This document shows, piece after piece, positions 39,329-49,434 of a stretch of DNA of 64,000 nucleotides. The stretch covers positions 7,656 through 71,655 of the forward strand of contig DASTHW010000013.1 of assembly GCA_035717985.1 (NCBI GenBank). Direction: 5' to 3'. The position numbers and the translations under genes are program-made. The notes below the pieces were generated by a model. The model had not been told where the DNA came from and made no database searches. It saw only the letters and a program-made list of their open reading frames with translations. Source of the stretch: Candidatus Saccharimonadales bacterium. Lineage in GTDB: Bacteria; Patescibacteriota; Saccharimonadia; Saccharimonadales; UBA10212. Each line of letters begins with the position of its first letter. The stretch's first letter is position 1.

Positions 39329-39628
39329 TATGCAGTGTTTGACGATTTCTTTACGGTACTGGGCAATAAACAGCGTGTCAAAATTTTACAGTATTTAAGT
39401 AAGGAGGGTGATAAAAGTGTAGGTGAAATCAGCCAGCGGTTGAACATGGAACAATCAGCCGTATCGCACAACTTAAGAAGGTTACTCCTCTGCCATTTCG
39501 TTAGCGTGGAGCAGTGCGGCAAAGAGCGGGTTTATTCCATCAACCACGATACTGTCCAACCCTTATTTGAAATGATTGAAGATCACGTCAGCAAGTACTG
39601 CGCCAAGGGCTGTAAACATTGGGAATAA
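39323..39628 (+). CDS. ArsR/SmtB-family regulator
   Basis: LGNKQRVKIL, EQSAVSHNL; Cys/His-rich C-terminus. Confidence 0.9.
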   Translation: MKYAVFDDFFTVLGNKQRVKILQYLSKEGDKSVGEISQRLNMEQSAVSHNLRRLLLCHFVSVEQCGKERVYSINHDTVQPLFEMIEDHVSKYCAKGCKHWE

Positions 39629-39644
39629 ACAAAGGAGGTGAAAA

Positions 39645-40358
39645 ATGGTCACAAACATCAAACTTATTAAAAAAGAAACCATCGCCAAGGACACAATGGC
39701 CTTCTACTTTGAGAAGCCCGAAGGTTTTGAGTACCGCGCCGGCCAATTTGCCGACTATACGCTGATAGACCCGCCGGAAACTGACGAAGAAGGCAATACA
39801 CGCGGCTTTTCGCTTATTACTGCCCCCTTTGAGGAAAATATAGGCGCGGCCACCCGCCTGCGCGATACGGCCTTCAAACGAGTTCTAAAGAATTTACCAA
39901 TTGGCACCGAGCTTAAGCTTGATGCGCCTTATGGCGACTTTACGCTACATAAGACCGAAACGACTCCGGCGGTGTTTTTGATCGGCGGTATTGGCGTGAC
40001 GCCGGTACGTAGCATGATTGCCCAGGCGACTCATGATAAAACCGGCCACAAGTTAATTTTGCTACATGCCAACCGCGCCCCGATCGACGCGCCGTTCGCC
40101 GCTGACTTTGAGCGCCTTGCTAAAGAAAACCCTAACCTGACCTTTGTGCCGGTAGCAACTGACGAAGCTACCAAGGACTGGGGCGGCGAACGCGGCCATA
40201 TCACGGCCGATATGATTAAGCGGCATGTAGCCGATTTGAACGCGCCAATTTATTATCTGTCCGGCCCCGAGGGCATGGTTAAAGCTATGCGCGGCCTGCT
40301 GGTTAGTATGAACGTGAACGAAGATAACATCCGCACGGAAGAATTTACAGGGTACTAA
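39645..40358 (+). CDS. FAD/NAD(P)-binding oxidoreductase (ferredoxin reductase-like)
   Basis: AGQF, R.FSL, GGIGVTP, SGP..MV, EEF.GY; SD AAGGAGGTG. Confidence 0.92.
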   Translation: MVTNIKLIKKETIAKDTMAFYFEKPEGFEYRAGQFADYTLIDPPETDEEGNTRGFSLITAPFEENIGAATRLRDTAFKRVLKNLPIGTELKLDAPYGDFTLHKTETTPAVFLIGGIGVTPVRSMIAQATHDKTGHKLILLHANRAPIDAPFAADFERLAKENPNLTFVPVATDEATKDWGGERGHITADMIKRHVADLNAPIYYLSGPEGMVKAMRGLLVSMNVNEDNIRTEEFTGY

Positions 40359-40416
40359 AGCTTACAGCATTTGCGGGTAACATTGGCCTAATATAGGGCC
40401 CAGAAAGGCGGTATCA

Positions 40417-41409
40417 ATGACTACACCAGAGGCTCCGCTTCCCGGACTTCACTTGCGGCGAGCTATAGCCGCTGAAATTGAACGTGATCCGGTGCTGGTA
40501 TCTGAGTTCGGGGTGGAGCTTAAGCTAGCCCCAGCCGAGTACACCGAGTCGGTAGCGGCTTTATATAGAAACGCCTTTGAGCGCGGCGACTATTTTGCCA
40601 GCCGCTACAGCGACCCGGAAAATCAGATTTTTAGCCCGCAGTGGCTCGAGCAGGAATTTCAAGACCCCGAGCACCTTCGGTTTATCTTTACAGACAGCCA
40701 GGGCATTTTACTGGGCGCGACCGGCTTCTTCCATGACCGGGACAGTACCGCCAGGCCGCTTATGACCAGCGACGCCACCCAAATCGATATTCCCGGCCGC
40801 GGCGAGCACATTATGGGCTACTTCTTTGGGCGCATCGTGCCGATAGTAGAAGCCTGCGGCGATGGAATACTAACCGATTTTGTGCTGACGCCGGAATCAA
40901 AAGGTCTGCGTCGGACTCTCCAGACCGAACTCGGCATGGTGGCGCTCGGTATTCATCCTCATGCCCTACACCACAGAAAACTAGACATCACCCGTAGTGA
41001 GATTTCAGCCGCCAAATATCCGGTTTTGACGCCAAAACCTGTAAGGATCCTACCGGAATTCGAGCCGCTCTACCGTATAGTGCAGTCGCAGTTACCTCTG
41101 CCGGAACCTACTATTTTACCTGTGCAGACAGACAAACTTCCACACTTCACGGAGCAGTCCGCTGAAGTAGTAAGAGAAGTAGATGCAATCGATCCCGAAA
41201 GCCAGAGAGACGCTTTAGCGGCCGGCTGGGCGCCGGTAGAGTTTGACCCGGACAGTAACCTATTCAAAGTAGCGCAGTTCCCCAGTGAACGGCCAGAACT
41301 GGATTTCATACTAACCAACGAGGACGTGCCCGCTAACAAGCTACTTGTCAGATATTTAAACGAGGTTCTGTACGGTCAGGGCCCAGATAAAGGAGGTATA
41401 TATGAGTAG
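40417..41409 (+). CDS. hypothetical protein, possibly GNAT-like
   Basis: 330-aa ORF; LLGATGF...IDIPGRGEHIM resembles acyl-CoA binding motif. Confidence 0.6.
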   Translation: MTTPEAPLPGLHLRRAIAAEIERDPVLVSEFGVELKLAPAEYTESVAALYRNAFERGDYFASRYSDPENQIFSPQWLEQEFQDPEHLRFIFTDSQGILLGATGFFHDRDSTARPLMTSDATQIDIPGRGEHIMGYFFGRIVPIVEACGDGILTDFVLTPESKGLRRTLQTELGMVALGIHPHALHHRKLDITRSEISAAKYPVLTPKPVRILPEFEPLYRIVQSQLPLPEPTILPVQTDKLPHFTEQSAEVVREVDAIDPESQRDALAAGWAPVEFDPDSNLFKVAQFPSERPELDFILTNEDVPANKLLVRYLNEVLYGQGPDKGGIYE

Positions 41410-42343
41410 CGCAGAGACGGTAAACTTTAACTTCGAAAACAAAAACGCGTTTGTAACCGGCGCCAGCAAGGGATTGGGCGAACAAATCGGCTTAAAACTA
41501 CTGGAGCGAGGCGTCCACGTAATCGGCGCTTCTCGCACCGGCCCGCCAGAATCATTCCAGCCCTACATCGAACAAGGCCAAGCTGACTACGAACTTGGTG
41601 ATCTGGCGCGTGAGGGCGACCGAGTTATTAGCGATATTTACGAAAAGCATCAGGGCTATGAAATTTTCGTCAATAATGCCGGGGCCTTTTCGCCGGATTA
41701 TTTTACTCATTTAGATCCGGATAAAATCAGAGGTGATTTAGAATTAGACTTAATAACACCGTTACTATTGCATCGCAGTTGGTTTGGGCTCTATGACAAA
41801 TTCCACCCAAACGCTAAAGCTCCGGAATTATCCATAAATATCTGCTCTATTTCCAGTTTCTATGCCTGGCCTGGCGGAACTGCCTACCAGGCGGCCAAAA
41901 CTGGCCTCGGAGCGGCCATCTACGGGCTTAGATCAATGCAGGCATATCTTAACGAACAAGCCCCGGATGAGGTAAAAAGTCAAATTGGACCTTCGGCTAG
42001 CCTGGCTACCAGAATCATCGCCATTTACCCAGACAACGTGGCCACAGGTCTCATCTCCCGAGCACAAGCCGAGTCGCTGTACGAAGTCCAAGGGGAAGCT
42101 CTGCCGCCGGATATAGTGGTACAGACGGTTATGCAGGCCATAGATGGTCAAGGCAAGTTTAGTGAATATGATGATGTGGCTATTTTGGTGAATCCGAATG
42201 AACCGGGCAGTGAAAAGAAACTTAGGGGTGTTTACCTCGGATTCATACCGATTGATGATGAAACTCACCGGCCTAATTTTGCTAGTCGTACTCTGGAAAA
42301 AATTGCCGACGAAGACATTCTGGTGAAGCGGGGTGCATCATGA
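41402..42343 (+). CDS. short-chain dehydrogenase/reductase
   Basis: VTGASKGLG, NNAG, SISS, YQAAK. Confidence 0.88.
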   Translation: MSSAETVNFNFENKNAFVTGASKGLGEQIGLKLLERGVHVIGASRTGPPESFQPYIEQGQADYELGDLAREGDRVISDIYEKHQGYEIFVNNAGAFSPDYFTHLDPDKIRGDLELDLITPLLLHRSWFGLYDKFHPNAKAPELSINICSISSFYAWPGGTAYQAAKTGLGAAIYGLRSMQAYLNEQAPDEVKSQIGPSASLATRIIAIYPDNVATGLISRAQAESLYEVQGEALPPDIVVQTVMQAIDGQGKFSEYDDVAILVNPNEPGSEKKLRGVYLGFIPIDDETHRPNFASRTLEKIADEDILVKRGAS

Positions 42344-42675
42344 TCAAGATTAAACGGGTTTACGAGCCGTACGACTCAAGCGACGGTAAACGAATTTTGA
42401 TTGACCGGCTATGGCCGCGTGGCCTTAGTAAAGACAAGGCTAAAATTAGCCTCTGGCTGAAAGACATCGCTCCCAGTGCCGAGCTACGAAAGTGGTTTGG
42501 CCATGACCCAGAGAAATGGCCTGAGTTCCAAAAGCGGTACAAAAATGAATTGGACTCCAACAAGGAAAGTGCCGAGGCTCTGCGCCAACAACTAAAGGAC
42601 GGCTCTATCATATTGGTGTATGGCGCTAAGGACGAAAAACACAATGATGCTGTTGTGCTCGCTGAGTATCTTTAA
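42340..42675 (+). CDS. DUF488/YeaO family protein
   Basis: KRVY, DRLWPRG, APS.ELRKWF.H. Confidence 0.92.
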   Translation: MIKIKRVYEPYDSSDGKRILIDRLWPRGLSKDKAKISLWLKDIAPSAELRKWFGHDPEKWPEFQKRYKNELDSNKESAEALRQQLKDGSIILVYGAKDEKHNDAVVLAEYL

Positions 42676-42763
42676 AGTGATGAGCCACTATGTACGAAAA
42701 GCTTCTCCTTAGTGGCTGGTGGACCAGTAATAGATGTAGGTAAGGGGTCAAGCTTTACCTTCC

Positions 42764-42853
42764 TGGCGGAAGGGGCGGGATTCGAACCCGCGATACGGTT
42801 GCCCGCATACACGCTTTCCAAGCGTGCTCCTTCAACCACTCGGACACCCTTCC
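42764..42853 (-). tRNA. tRNA-Ser(GGA)
   Basis: Cloverleaf, anticodon arm CACGC-TTGGAAA-GCGTG, long variable arm, encoded CCA. Confidence 0.97.
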
Positions 42854-43066
42854 TTATGCACAATATTTTAGCAGAGGCGGTTAAAAGCGGCCTGTCCGCT
42901 AAAAGTCACCGGCCGGTTTGTAGCCTATTTTGCAACTTAAAATATTTGTCGGCGGGCCGGCGTTAAGAGTAGAATTTAGATTAAGAAGAAGCCTTCGGTA
43001 TCCCAAAATCACCGTAATAAGCGAGGGTCGCGGTGGTTTCTTCTTTAGAATTATTAAAAAACGGTT

Positions 43067-43936
43067 ATGGCCCTAATAGAACTACGCGACGTTTCTAAAA
43101 TCTACGGATTTGGCGACGCCACTACCCTGGCGCTGGATGAAATATGTCTGCGCGTAGAGCGGGGCGAATTTGTAGCTTTTATGGGTCCGTCTGGTAGTGG
43201 CAAGACTACTCTTATGAATCTTATCGGCCTGCTTGACCGGCCGGCTGGCGGAGACTACCTGCTAGACGGCCGGCATGTCTCGCGGCTTAAACCAAACCAG
43301 CAGGCCCGCCTGCGCCGGGATCGCATTGGCTTTGTTTTTCAATCTTATAATTTACTACCCCGGCTTAACGTACTGGATAATGTGGCCCTGCCCCTGACCT
43401 ACAAAGGTATGACGCCAGTGCGACGGGCTAAAAAGGCCAGCGATATTTTAGAGCTAGTCGGCATGCGCGACCGTGAATACTTTATGCCCCGGCAGTTGTC
43501 CGGCGGCCAGGCCCAGCGGGTAGCCATCGCCCGGGCGCTAGTAAATAATCCCGGCATTATCATTGCCGACGAGCCCACCGGCAACCTCGACAGCACTGAC
43601 AGCCGAGTACTGATGGAGCTACTTACCGAGATTCACAGCCGCGGCAATACCATCTTGCTAGTGACTCATAATCCAGAGCTTACCCGCTGGGCCAACCGCG
43701 TAATCTACATGCGCGACGGCGTCATTGTCGGCGACGAAAAGACAGCCATCGGCCAAGTGGCTAAAGGCGTCCGCCGGATTTATTACAAACAGCAAAGGGT
43801 TAGCGAGGACGATATTACTGCCGGCGTCTCGGCCCTGATGAAAAAAATGCCTGGTAAAGAAATTACTCTTAGCCTGCCCCGCCGACGTTTGGGTAAAAAG
43901 TCAAAGAAGGGCCGGCGGGCAACTCGGGTGTCGTAA
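43067..43936 (+). CDS. ABC transporter ATP-binding protein (MacB/LolD type)
   Basis: GPSGSGKT, LSGGQ, ADEPTGNLD. Confidence 0.95.
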   Translation: MALIELRDVSKIYGFGDATTLALDEICLRVERGEFVAFMGPSGSGKTTLMNLIGLLDRPAGGDYLLDGRHVSRLKPNQQARLRRDRIGFVFQSYNLLPRLNVLDNVALPLTYKGMTPVRRAKKASDILELVGMRDREYFMPRQLSGGQAQRVAIARALVNNPGIIIADEPTGNLDSTDSRVLMELLTEIHSRGNTILLVTHNPELTRWANRVIYMRDGVIVGDEKTAIGQVAKGVRRIYYKQQRVSEDDITAGVSALMKKMPGKEITLSLPRRRLGKKSKKGRRATRVS

Positions 43937-43938
43937 TT

Positions 43939-45147
43939 ATGTGGAGCGGCAATTTTAAAACAGCGGTCTCAGCTCTTCGCCAAAGCAAGTGGCGCAGTAT
44001 GCTAACCATGCTTGGTATTATCATCGGCATCAGTTCGGTGGTAACCATTGTTAGCCTGGGCGAGGGGCTAAAAACCCAGATTGTCGGCCAGGTAGCCAAT
44101 TTAGGAAGCGGCGTCGTTACCGTCCGTCCCGGCAAACTAATCAACGGTAACAGTTTAAATTATTTGGCCCTTTTAAATAGCAGTAATTTAACGACGGCTG
44201 ATTTAAAATCGCTTAATTCCATACCGTCGGCGCAGGCCGTTGTGCCTCTGGATTTTGTCACCAGCTCGGCCAAAGGCGACTCCGGCGAGCTGGATAATAT
44301 CTTTGTGGCCGGCACCACCAGCCAGTTCTCCCAGGTAGTCCGCCAAGATGTTAATTACGGCGAATTTTTTCCCAGCACCGACGATTTTCAAAACGTGGCC
44401 GTCATTGGCCCGGAGGTAGCTATGAAACTATTTGGTCAACCGTCGCCAATCGGCCATACACTTATCATCAACGGCCAGCCGTTCATCGTCCACGGCGTTT
44501 TTAAAGCCTCCAGCAACAGCTTTTTATCGGTCGCCCAAGCCGATTTAAACTCATCCATCCTCATTCCTTTCGGCTCGGCCAGCCAGCTAACCGGCGGCAC
44601 CACCAATATTTTGGAGATTTTTGTTAAGTCTAAAAACTCTAACCTAGTCGACCAGACCATAGCCCAAGCCGGCAGTGTACTAACTAAAAACCACGGCCAG
44701 ACCGACTTTACAGTCTTAAAACAACAGCAGTTACTGACCGTTGCCGGTAATTTAATAAATACGGCCGCCGGCTTTGTTACGGCAATAGCCGCCATTTCCC
44801 TGCTGGTGGGCGGTATCGGCATTATGGATATCATGCTAGTTAGCGTCAGCGAGCGTAACCGCGAGATCGGTATCAGAAAAGCGATTGGCGCGACTAACCG
44901 TCAAATCTTAAGCCAATTTCTAACCGAGGGCCTGGCTCTAACCGTTTGCGGCGGCCTGCTGGGCATTTTAGTGTCTCTGGCCGTTAATGGCCTATTAAGG
45001 CTCTATACGTCTTGGGAGCCGGCTGTAAACCCCTGGATAATGGCCCTGGCGGCCGGAGTGTCTATAGCCTTAGGACTCATATTTAGTACGGTGCCGGCGC
45101 TTAAAGCCGCCCGCAAAGACCCCATCGACGCCCTCCGCGGCGACTAG
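43939..45147 (+). CDS. ABC transporter permease (MacB/FtsX type)
   Basis: RS.LTMLGIIIGI, SVSER.REIGIRKAIGA, PA.KAA..DPI.ALR. Confidence 0.95.
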   Translation: MWSGNFKTAVSALRQSKWRSMLTMLGIIIGISSVVTIVSLGEGLKTQIVGQVANLGSGVVTVRPGKLINGNSLNYLALLNSSNLTTADLKSLNSIPSAQAVVPLDFVTSSAKGDSGELDNIFVAGTTSQFSQVVRQDVNYGEFFPSTDDFQNVAVIGPEVAMKLFGQPSPIGHTLIINGQPFIVHGVFKASSNSFLSVAQADLNSSILIPFGSASQLTGGTTNILEIFVKSKNSNLVDQTIAQAGSVLTKNHGQTDFTVLKQQQLLTVAGNLINTAAGFVTAIAAISLLVGGIGIMDIMLVSVSERNREIGIRKAIGATNRQILSQFLTEGLALTVCGGLLGILVSLAVNGLLRLYTSWEPAVNPWIMALAAGVSIALGLIFSTVPALKAARKDPIDALRGD

Positions 45148-45158
45148 AAGCCGACCTA

Positions 45159-46187
45159 CTACCCGAGTTCTTTTTTGAACTTTTCGACTAAATCTACCGG
45201 CGCCGGGTTGACGCCGTTTAATAGTGCTAGATAGATGCTGACAAAATCGCCAAAAGCCGTAGTCCAAACCAACTGCTCAAGTAAATTTTCGCCCTCGGCG
45301 TTAACGACATTAGGCGCCGGCCGAAGGCCGGACAGCAGTTTTTCGCCTACCTCAAAGCGCTTTTGGACGCGCGGGTTTTCTAAGTTACTTCTTAGCTCGA
45401 CTACGCCGTACGGCTTTTGAATGGGGTGACTGCTCCAGCCGGTCAGCTCGTTATGGTCAAACTCCGGCAGTTCGTTCCACCAGGCTACGTTTTTGGCATT
45501 CTCATTAAAGCTGATTTTCCATTTATAGGCGGCCGGCGCCAGCAGTGGCCCGGCGTAAATGGCGGGCGCCTTGCCAGCCAGCTCTTGAGCAAGCAATTTA
45601 GCCGGGTTTTGGCTCTGAGGTACCGTGGGCACCCAAGCTTTGACTTTTTCCGCTAAAAACTGGCCGGCTTTTTCCAGCTGGCGGACGGTTTCAACTTCGT
45701 TGACCAGGCCGGCATCCTCGAGGATGGTCAAAAGGGCCACCAGATTATAAAAAACGGCATAGCGTGGCTGTTCGGCCTTGGGTAGTTTCAAATAAGGATA
45801 GCCTTTGGCTAAGGCTATCTCTTCTAATTTGCCGCCGCCGGCAATTACGGCAATAGTAGCCTTTTTCTGTTCGGCTTCGCTAAGAGCTGAAAGTGTTTCC
45901 TCAGTATTGCCAGAGTAGCTAGCGGCAATAAATAGAGTATTCTCGCCCACATAGGCCGGTATGTGATACTGCCGGCAAACTTCAAACGGCAGGCGGTAGC
46001 CAGGCCAGCTGTGGCTTAAAAGGGCCGCCAGGGCCGAGCCGCCCATGCCGGCGTAAACAATGTTGGCAAAACTGCCGGGGATCCGAGGCCGCTCAAACTG
46101 GTAGGATAATTGGGCGCTTTGGCGCTCGGCTATACCCAGCGCGTCCGAGCCGTCCCGCTGGTGAATATATTTAAGATCATCAAGCAT
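45159..46187 (-). CDS. bifunctional phosphoglucose/phosphomannose isomerase
   Basis: GMGGS, SYSGNTEET, QPR, NENAK, PE.DHNE. Confidence 0.93.
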   Translation of the reverse strand: MLDDLKYIHQRDGSDALGIAERQSAQLSYQFERPRIPGSFANIVYAGMGGSALAALLSHSWPGYRLPFEVCRQYHIPAYVGENTLFIAASYSGNTEETLSALSEAEQKKATIAVIAGGGKLEEIALAKGYPYLKLPKAEQPRYAVFYNLVALLTILEDAGLVNEVETVRQLEKAGQFLAEKVKAWVPTVPQSQNPAKLLAQELAGKAPAIYAGPLLAPAAYKWKISFNENAKNVAWWNELPEFDHNELTGWSSHPIQKPYGVVELRSNLENPRVQKRFEVGEKLLSGLRPAPNVVNAEGENLLEQLVWTTAFGDFVSIYLALLNGVNPAPVDLVEKFKKELG

Positions 46188-46285
46188 CTAAATCCATTTT
46201 ACATTTACCATTTAGCATTAGCCATTTAATTATTCACATTGGCCAATAAAGTTGTGCTTATCGACTGAAAAATGTAAATTGATAA

Positions 46286-46687
46286 GTGATAAATGACAAT
46301 CGCCCGCTGGCCGGGCTAGGGGGTGGAATGGTTCCAAACGATAACAGCACTCAAACGACGCCAAGCTTGCCGCTGACCCAGGATGGCGCTGATCAGGCGC
46401 CGGCTCAAAACCCCATTAGTGCTAGTGGTGTCGAACCGGCTGGCGATAATCTCCTAGATATTAAAAAACAGGCCCTGCAAAACCTGGCGCCCCTGATCAA
46501 TCAGTTAGAGCTGGCCCCGCCAGAGAAATTTAAAACGCTGATGATGCTTATTCAGGCTAGTGACAATCCAGCTCTGATTAAAGACGCTTACCACGCCGCC
46601 AACCAAATTTCTGACAATAAAGCTAAGGCCCAGGCCTTAATCGACGTGGTTAACGAGATTAATTACTTTACCAAAAACCAAAAATAA
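46286..46687 (+). CDS. hypothetical protein (true start may be ATG 46328)
   Basis: Ordered C-terminal helical domain ending DVVNEINYF. Confidence 0.7.
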   Translation: MINDNRPLAGLGGGMVPNDNSTQTTPSLPLTQDGADQAPAQNPISASGVEPAGDNLLDIKKQALQNLAPLINQLELAPPEKFKTLMMLIQASDNPALIKDAYHAANQISDNKAKAQALIDVVNEINYFTKNQK

Positions 46688-46691
46688 AACT

Positions 46692-47000
46692 TTAGTGTCC
46701 GGACTGCAGGTTTGTGGGCGGCGGTTTTGGCAGGTTGTTAGTCTGAGCCGGCGCCGGCGTCTGATGATTGCCGCCGCGGTTAACCGCCCAGCTAATTAAA
46801 AGCCCGATTAGTACGGCCAAAGCTAGAGCCGCTATCAGCAGGGCTATCAGCATCGGCAGGTTTTGGCCAGACTTAGCCGCCTCGCCGGTGGCGATTGGAT
46901 AGTCAGCTCCGGGCTCTATTTGCTTTGAGCCATCTGGTTCTGCCAGCTTTTTAGGCTCCTTTTCCTCAACCGGAAGTATGTATTTGTGGTACCAAGCCAT
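46692..47000 (-). CDS. single-TM hypothetical protein
   Basis: SD AGAAGGG, hydrophobic segment, Pro-rich tail. Confidence 0.65.
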   Translation of the reverse strand: MAWYHKYILPVEEKEPKKLAEPDGSKQIEPGADYPIATGEAAKSGQNLPMLIALLIAALALAVLIGLLISWAVNRGGNHQTPAPAQTNNLPKPPPTNLQSGH

Positions 47001-47031
47001 ATTAATTCCCTTCTTATTAATACCCTACCAC

Positions 47032-47069
47032 AATAAAACTCCAGAGGTTTTACCCTCCGGAGTTTTATT
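47032..47069. terminator. bidirectional terminator-like hairpin
   Basis: AATAAAACTCC.GAGG...CCTC.GGAGTTTTATT followed by T-run. Confidence 0.6.
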
Positions 47070-47278
47070 TTTTTGGCAAGGTTTTTCTTTGCCTTTATAT
47101 TACTACACTCGTGCCGGCTTTGTCCTGGCCAATTTCAGATAAAGCTGTTGTGATTTATAGAATTTCCACAAAGCCAACCGGCCGTTTTGCTCGAGGGAAA
47201 GGTACCAGCGGCGATCCGCCGATGGAATTTTCTCGGGAAGATAGTCCGAGCTCGGATTCATTCCGAGCCCGGCTCTGG

Positions 47279-47303
47279 TAAGAAACCCCGAAGGGGTGTC
47301 TTA
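47279..47303. terminator. terminator downstream of groEL (possibly bidirectional)
   Basis: TAAGAAACCCC-GAA-GGGGTGTCTTA. Confidence 0.7.
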
Positions 47304-47309
47304 TTGTTC

Positions 47310-48956
47310 CTACATCATATCCATGCCGCCGCCCATACCGGCGCCCGGCATTGGCGGGGTCTTTTCGGGTATTTCGACCACCAGCGCGCCCATGGTCATA
47401 GCCGTGCCGGCTACAGAGACGGCGTTTTGGATAGCCTCTTTGGTGACCCTGGCCGGGTCAACAATACCAGCAGTTTTCATATCAATTAGTTTGGTGGCGT
47501 CGTTGACATTGACTCCCTGCCCCGGCTTAGCTTTACGGACCTGCGGTAGCCATTCGTCAGGGTTGATACCGGCATTCTCTAGCAAAATACGGAATGGCTG
47601 TTCCAGTGCTCTAAACAGCAGGCTCTGGCCAGCCAAAACCGAAGAGTGTTCGGTGCTGGGTTTGACAGCAAAGACTAGATTGATCATAGTCACGCCGCCG
47701 CCGGCCACCACACCCTCATCCAGGGCGGCTTTCACGGCCGCCACGGCATCGTCTACACGGAATTTCTTCTCTTCAATCTCGGTTTCAGTGGCCCCACCGA
47801 CTTTGATGACGGCTACCTTGCCGGAAAGCGCCGCCCGGCGCTTTTCTAACTGCTCACGGTCGTACTCACTGCTGGCAGAATCAGCCTGTTTGCTAATTTG
47901 GCTGATGCGTTCCTTGACGGCCGAGGCCGGGCCGCCACCCTCGATGATGGTAGTTTCATCCTTAGTGACAATCACCTTACGGGCAGTGCCGATTACGCTC
48001 ATATCGGCGTTTTCAAAAGTGACACCCAGCTCCTCGCTGATGACCTCGCCGCCGGTTAAGGTGGCAATGTCAGCTAAAATTTCTTTTCGGCGGTCGCCAA
48101 AGCTGGGAGCTTTAATGGCTACGGTGTTAAAGACGCCTTTTAGCTTGTTAAGAATCAGCGTACCTAGAGCCTCGCCTTCGACATCCTCAGCAATGATTAC
48201 TAGGTCTTTCTTGCCGGCGGCGGCCAGTTTCTCAAGCAGTGGCAAAAACTCCTGGACCGAGCTGATCTTTGCGTCGGTGATTAAGATGGCCGGCTTTTCG
48301 TAGACCGCCTCCATGCGTGCAGTATCCGTCACCATGTAAGGGCTAACGTAGCCGCGGTCCATGGTAAAGCCCTCAACCACTTCGCTTTCCATAGCTAGGC
48401 CCTGGCCCTCTTCTACGGTCACCACGCCGTCTTTACCGACTTTATCCATGACTTCGGCAATCAAATTGCCGATTTGCTCATCGCCGGCGCTAATAGCGGC
48501 CACCTCGGCCACCCGGTTTTTCTTACCGGCAATATCTTCACTCAAGGAACCCAGGCGGCCTAACACGTCCTCAGCGGCCGCTTCCAGGCCTTTTCGCAGG
48601 AGCAGTGGGTTGTGGCCGGCGGCAATCAGCTTATTGGCTTCATTTAAGATGTGATAGGTCAGCACCGTGACGGTAGTAGTGCCGTCACCGGCGGTGTCAT
48701 TCATTTTGGACGCGGCCTGCTTGATAAGCTCGGCGCCGACACTGTAGCCCAGCGTCTCGTCGTCATCATCGGGCAGTTCCACGCCTTTAGCGACAGTTAC
48801 ACCGTCGTGAGTAACCGTCGGGCTACCGTAGCTTTTACTAATAACTACATTGCGGCCGCGTGGCCCCATAGTGGTCTTAACAGCGTCGTAGAGCACCTGC
48901 GCCCCGCCCAGCAGGCGCCGGCGGGCATCATCGTCATAAAATACTTTTTTAGCCAT
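47310..48956 (-). CDS. groL: chaperonin GroEL
   Basis: T.GPRGRNV, AGDGTTT, KAP.FGDRR, GGM tail. Confidence 0.98.
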   Translation of the reverse strand: MAKKVFYDDDARRRLLGGAQVLYDAVKTTMGPRGRNVVISKSYGSPTVTHDGVTVAKGVELPDDDDETLGYSVGAELIKQAASKMNDTAGDGTTTVTVLTYHILNEANKLIAAGHNPLLLRKGLEAAAEDVLGRLGSLSEDIAGKKNRVAEVAAISAGDEQIGNLIAEVMDKVGKDGVVTVEEGQGLAMESEVVEGFTMDRGYVSPYMVTDTARMEAVYEKPAILITDAKISSVQEFLPLLEKLAAAGKKDLVIIAEDVEGEALGTLILNKLKGVFNTVAIKAPSFGDRRKEILADIATLTGGEVISEELGVTFENADMSVIGTARKVIVTKDETTIIEGGGPASAVKERISQISKQADSASSEYDREQLEKRRAALSGKVAVIKVGGATETEIEEKKFRVDDAVAAVKAALDEGVVAGGGVTMINLVFAVKPSTEHSSVLAGQSLLFRALEQPFRILLENAGINPDEWLPQVRKAKPGQGVNVNDATKLIDMKTAGIVDPARVTKEAIQNAVSVAGTAMTMGALVVEIPEKTPPMPGAGMGGGMDMM

Positions 48957-48964
48957 CTTATCTC

Positions 48965-49231
48965 CTATTTAACCTTAGCGATTATGTCTTCTTCTTTGAC
49001 CAATATATATTCTTGGTCACCAACTTTTACCTCGGTGGTGCTATAGCTTTTATAAACTATGCGGTCGCCGGCCTTAATTTCTTTAACATTTTTGCCCACG
49101 CTTAAAACTCTGGCGGTTTTAGGCTTTTCGGCCGCCTTATCCGGCAAATAAATGCCACTGGCAGTCTTAGTCACGGCCTCTTCGGCCTCGGCTACTACCC
49201 AGTCGCTTAGTGGTTGCAGTGGTGAAGACAT
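48965..49231 (-). CDS. groS: co-chaperonin GroES
   Basis: LQPL.D.V, TASGIYLPD.A.EKP; SD TAAGGAGG. Confidence 0.97.
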   Translation of the reverse strand: MSSPLQPLSDWVVAEAEEAVTKTASGIYLPDKAAEKPKTARVLSVGKNVKEIKAGDRIVYKSYSTTEVKVGDQEYILVKEEDIIAKVK

Positions 49232-49260
49232 AGGTCATCCTCCTTAGACTTGTTTAGAGA

Positions 49261-49433
49261 TAGGGCTTACATGATTTGGTATAGCGCAAGGCCATAGCCG
49301 AGGATACGGACTGAGGCGTATATCAATACCCCGAAGGAGTACCGCAGGCTATAACACAGCGATATGCCAAATAGTGGTGGCTATTGCCAACTGGCTTAGC
49401 CAGTGGGCAGGTCAACACGGCATGTAAGTCCTA
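49261..49433. repeat. palindromic ~173-bp element, copy B, in groES 5' UTR
   Basis: Terminal inverted repeat TAGGGCTTACATG / CATGTAAGTCCTA (12/13); core GACTGAGGCGTATATCAATACCCCGAAGGAGTACCGCAG shared with 2640-2813. Confidence 0.75.
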
Positions 49434-49434
49434 G

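Noticed and set aside
42672-42966. ORFs 42672-42863 and 42712-42966 (also 62395-62936)
   Set aside because: They overlap tRNA genes or structured tRNA spacers
47165-47280. SRP RNA assignment
   Set aside because: The conserved domain IV GNRA-loop/AGCAG motif is not visible; kept only as an unnamed sRNA candidate
47296-48303. 335-aa + strand ORF
   Set aside because: Antisense shadow of groEL; similar shadows occur over pnp, rnj, ftsK and others
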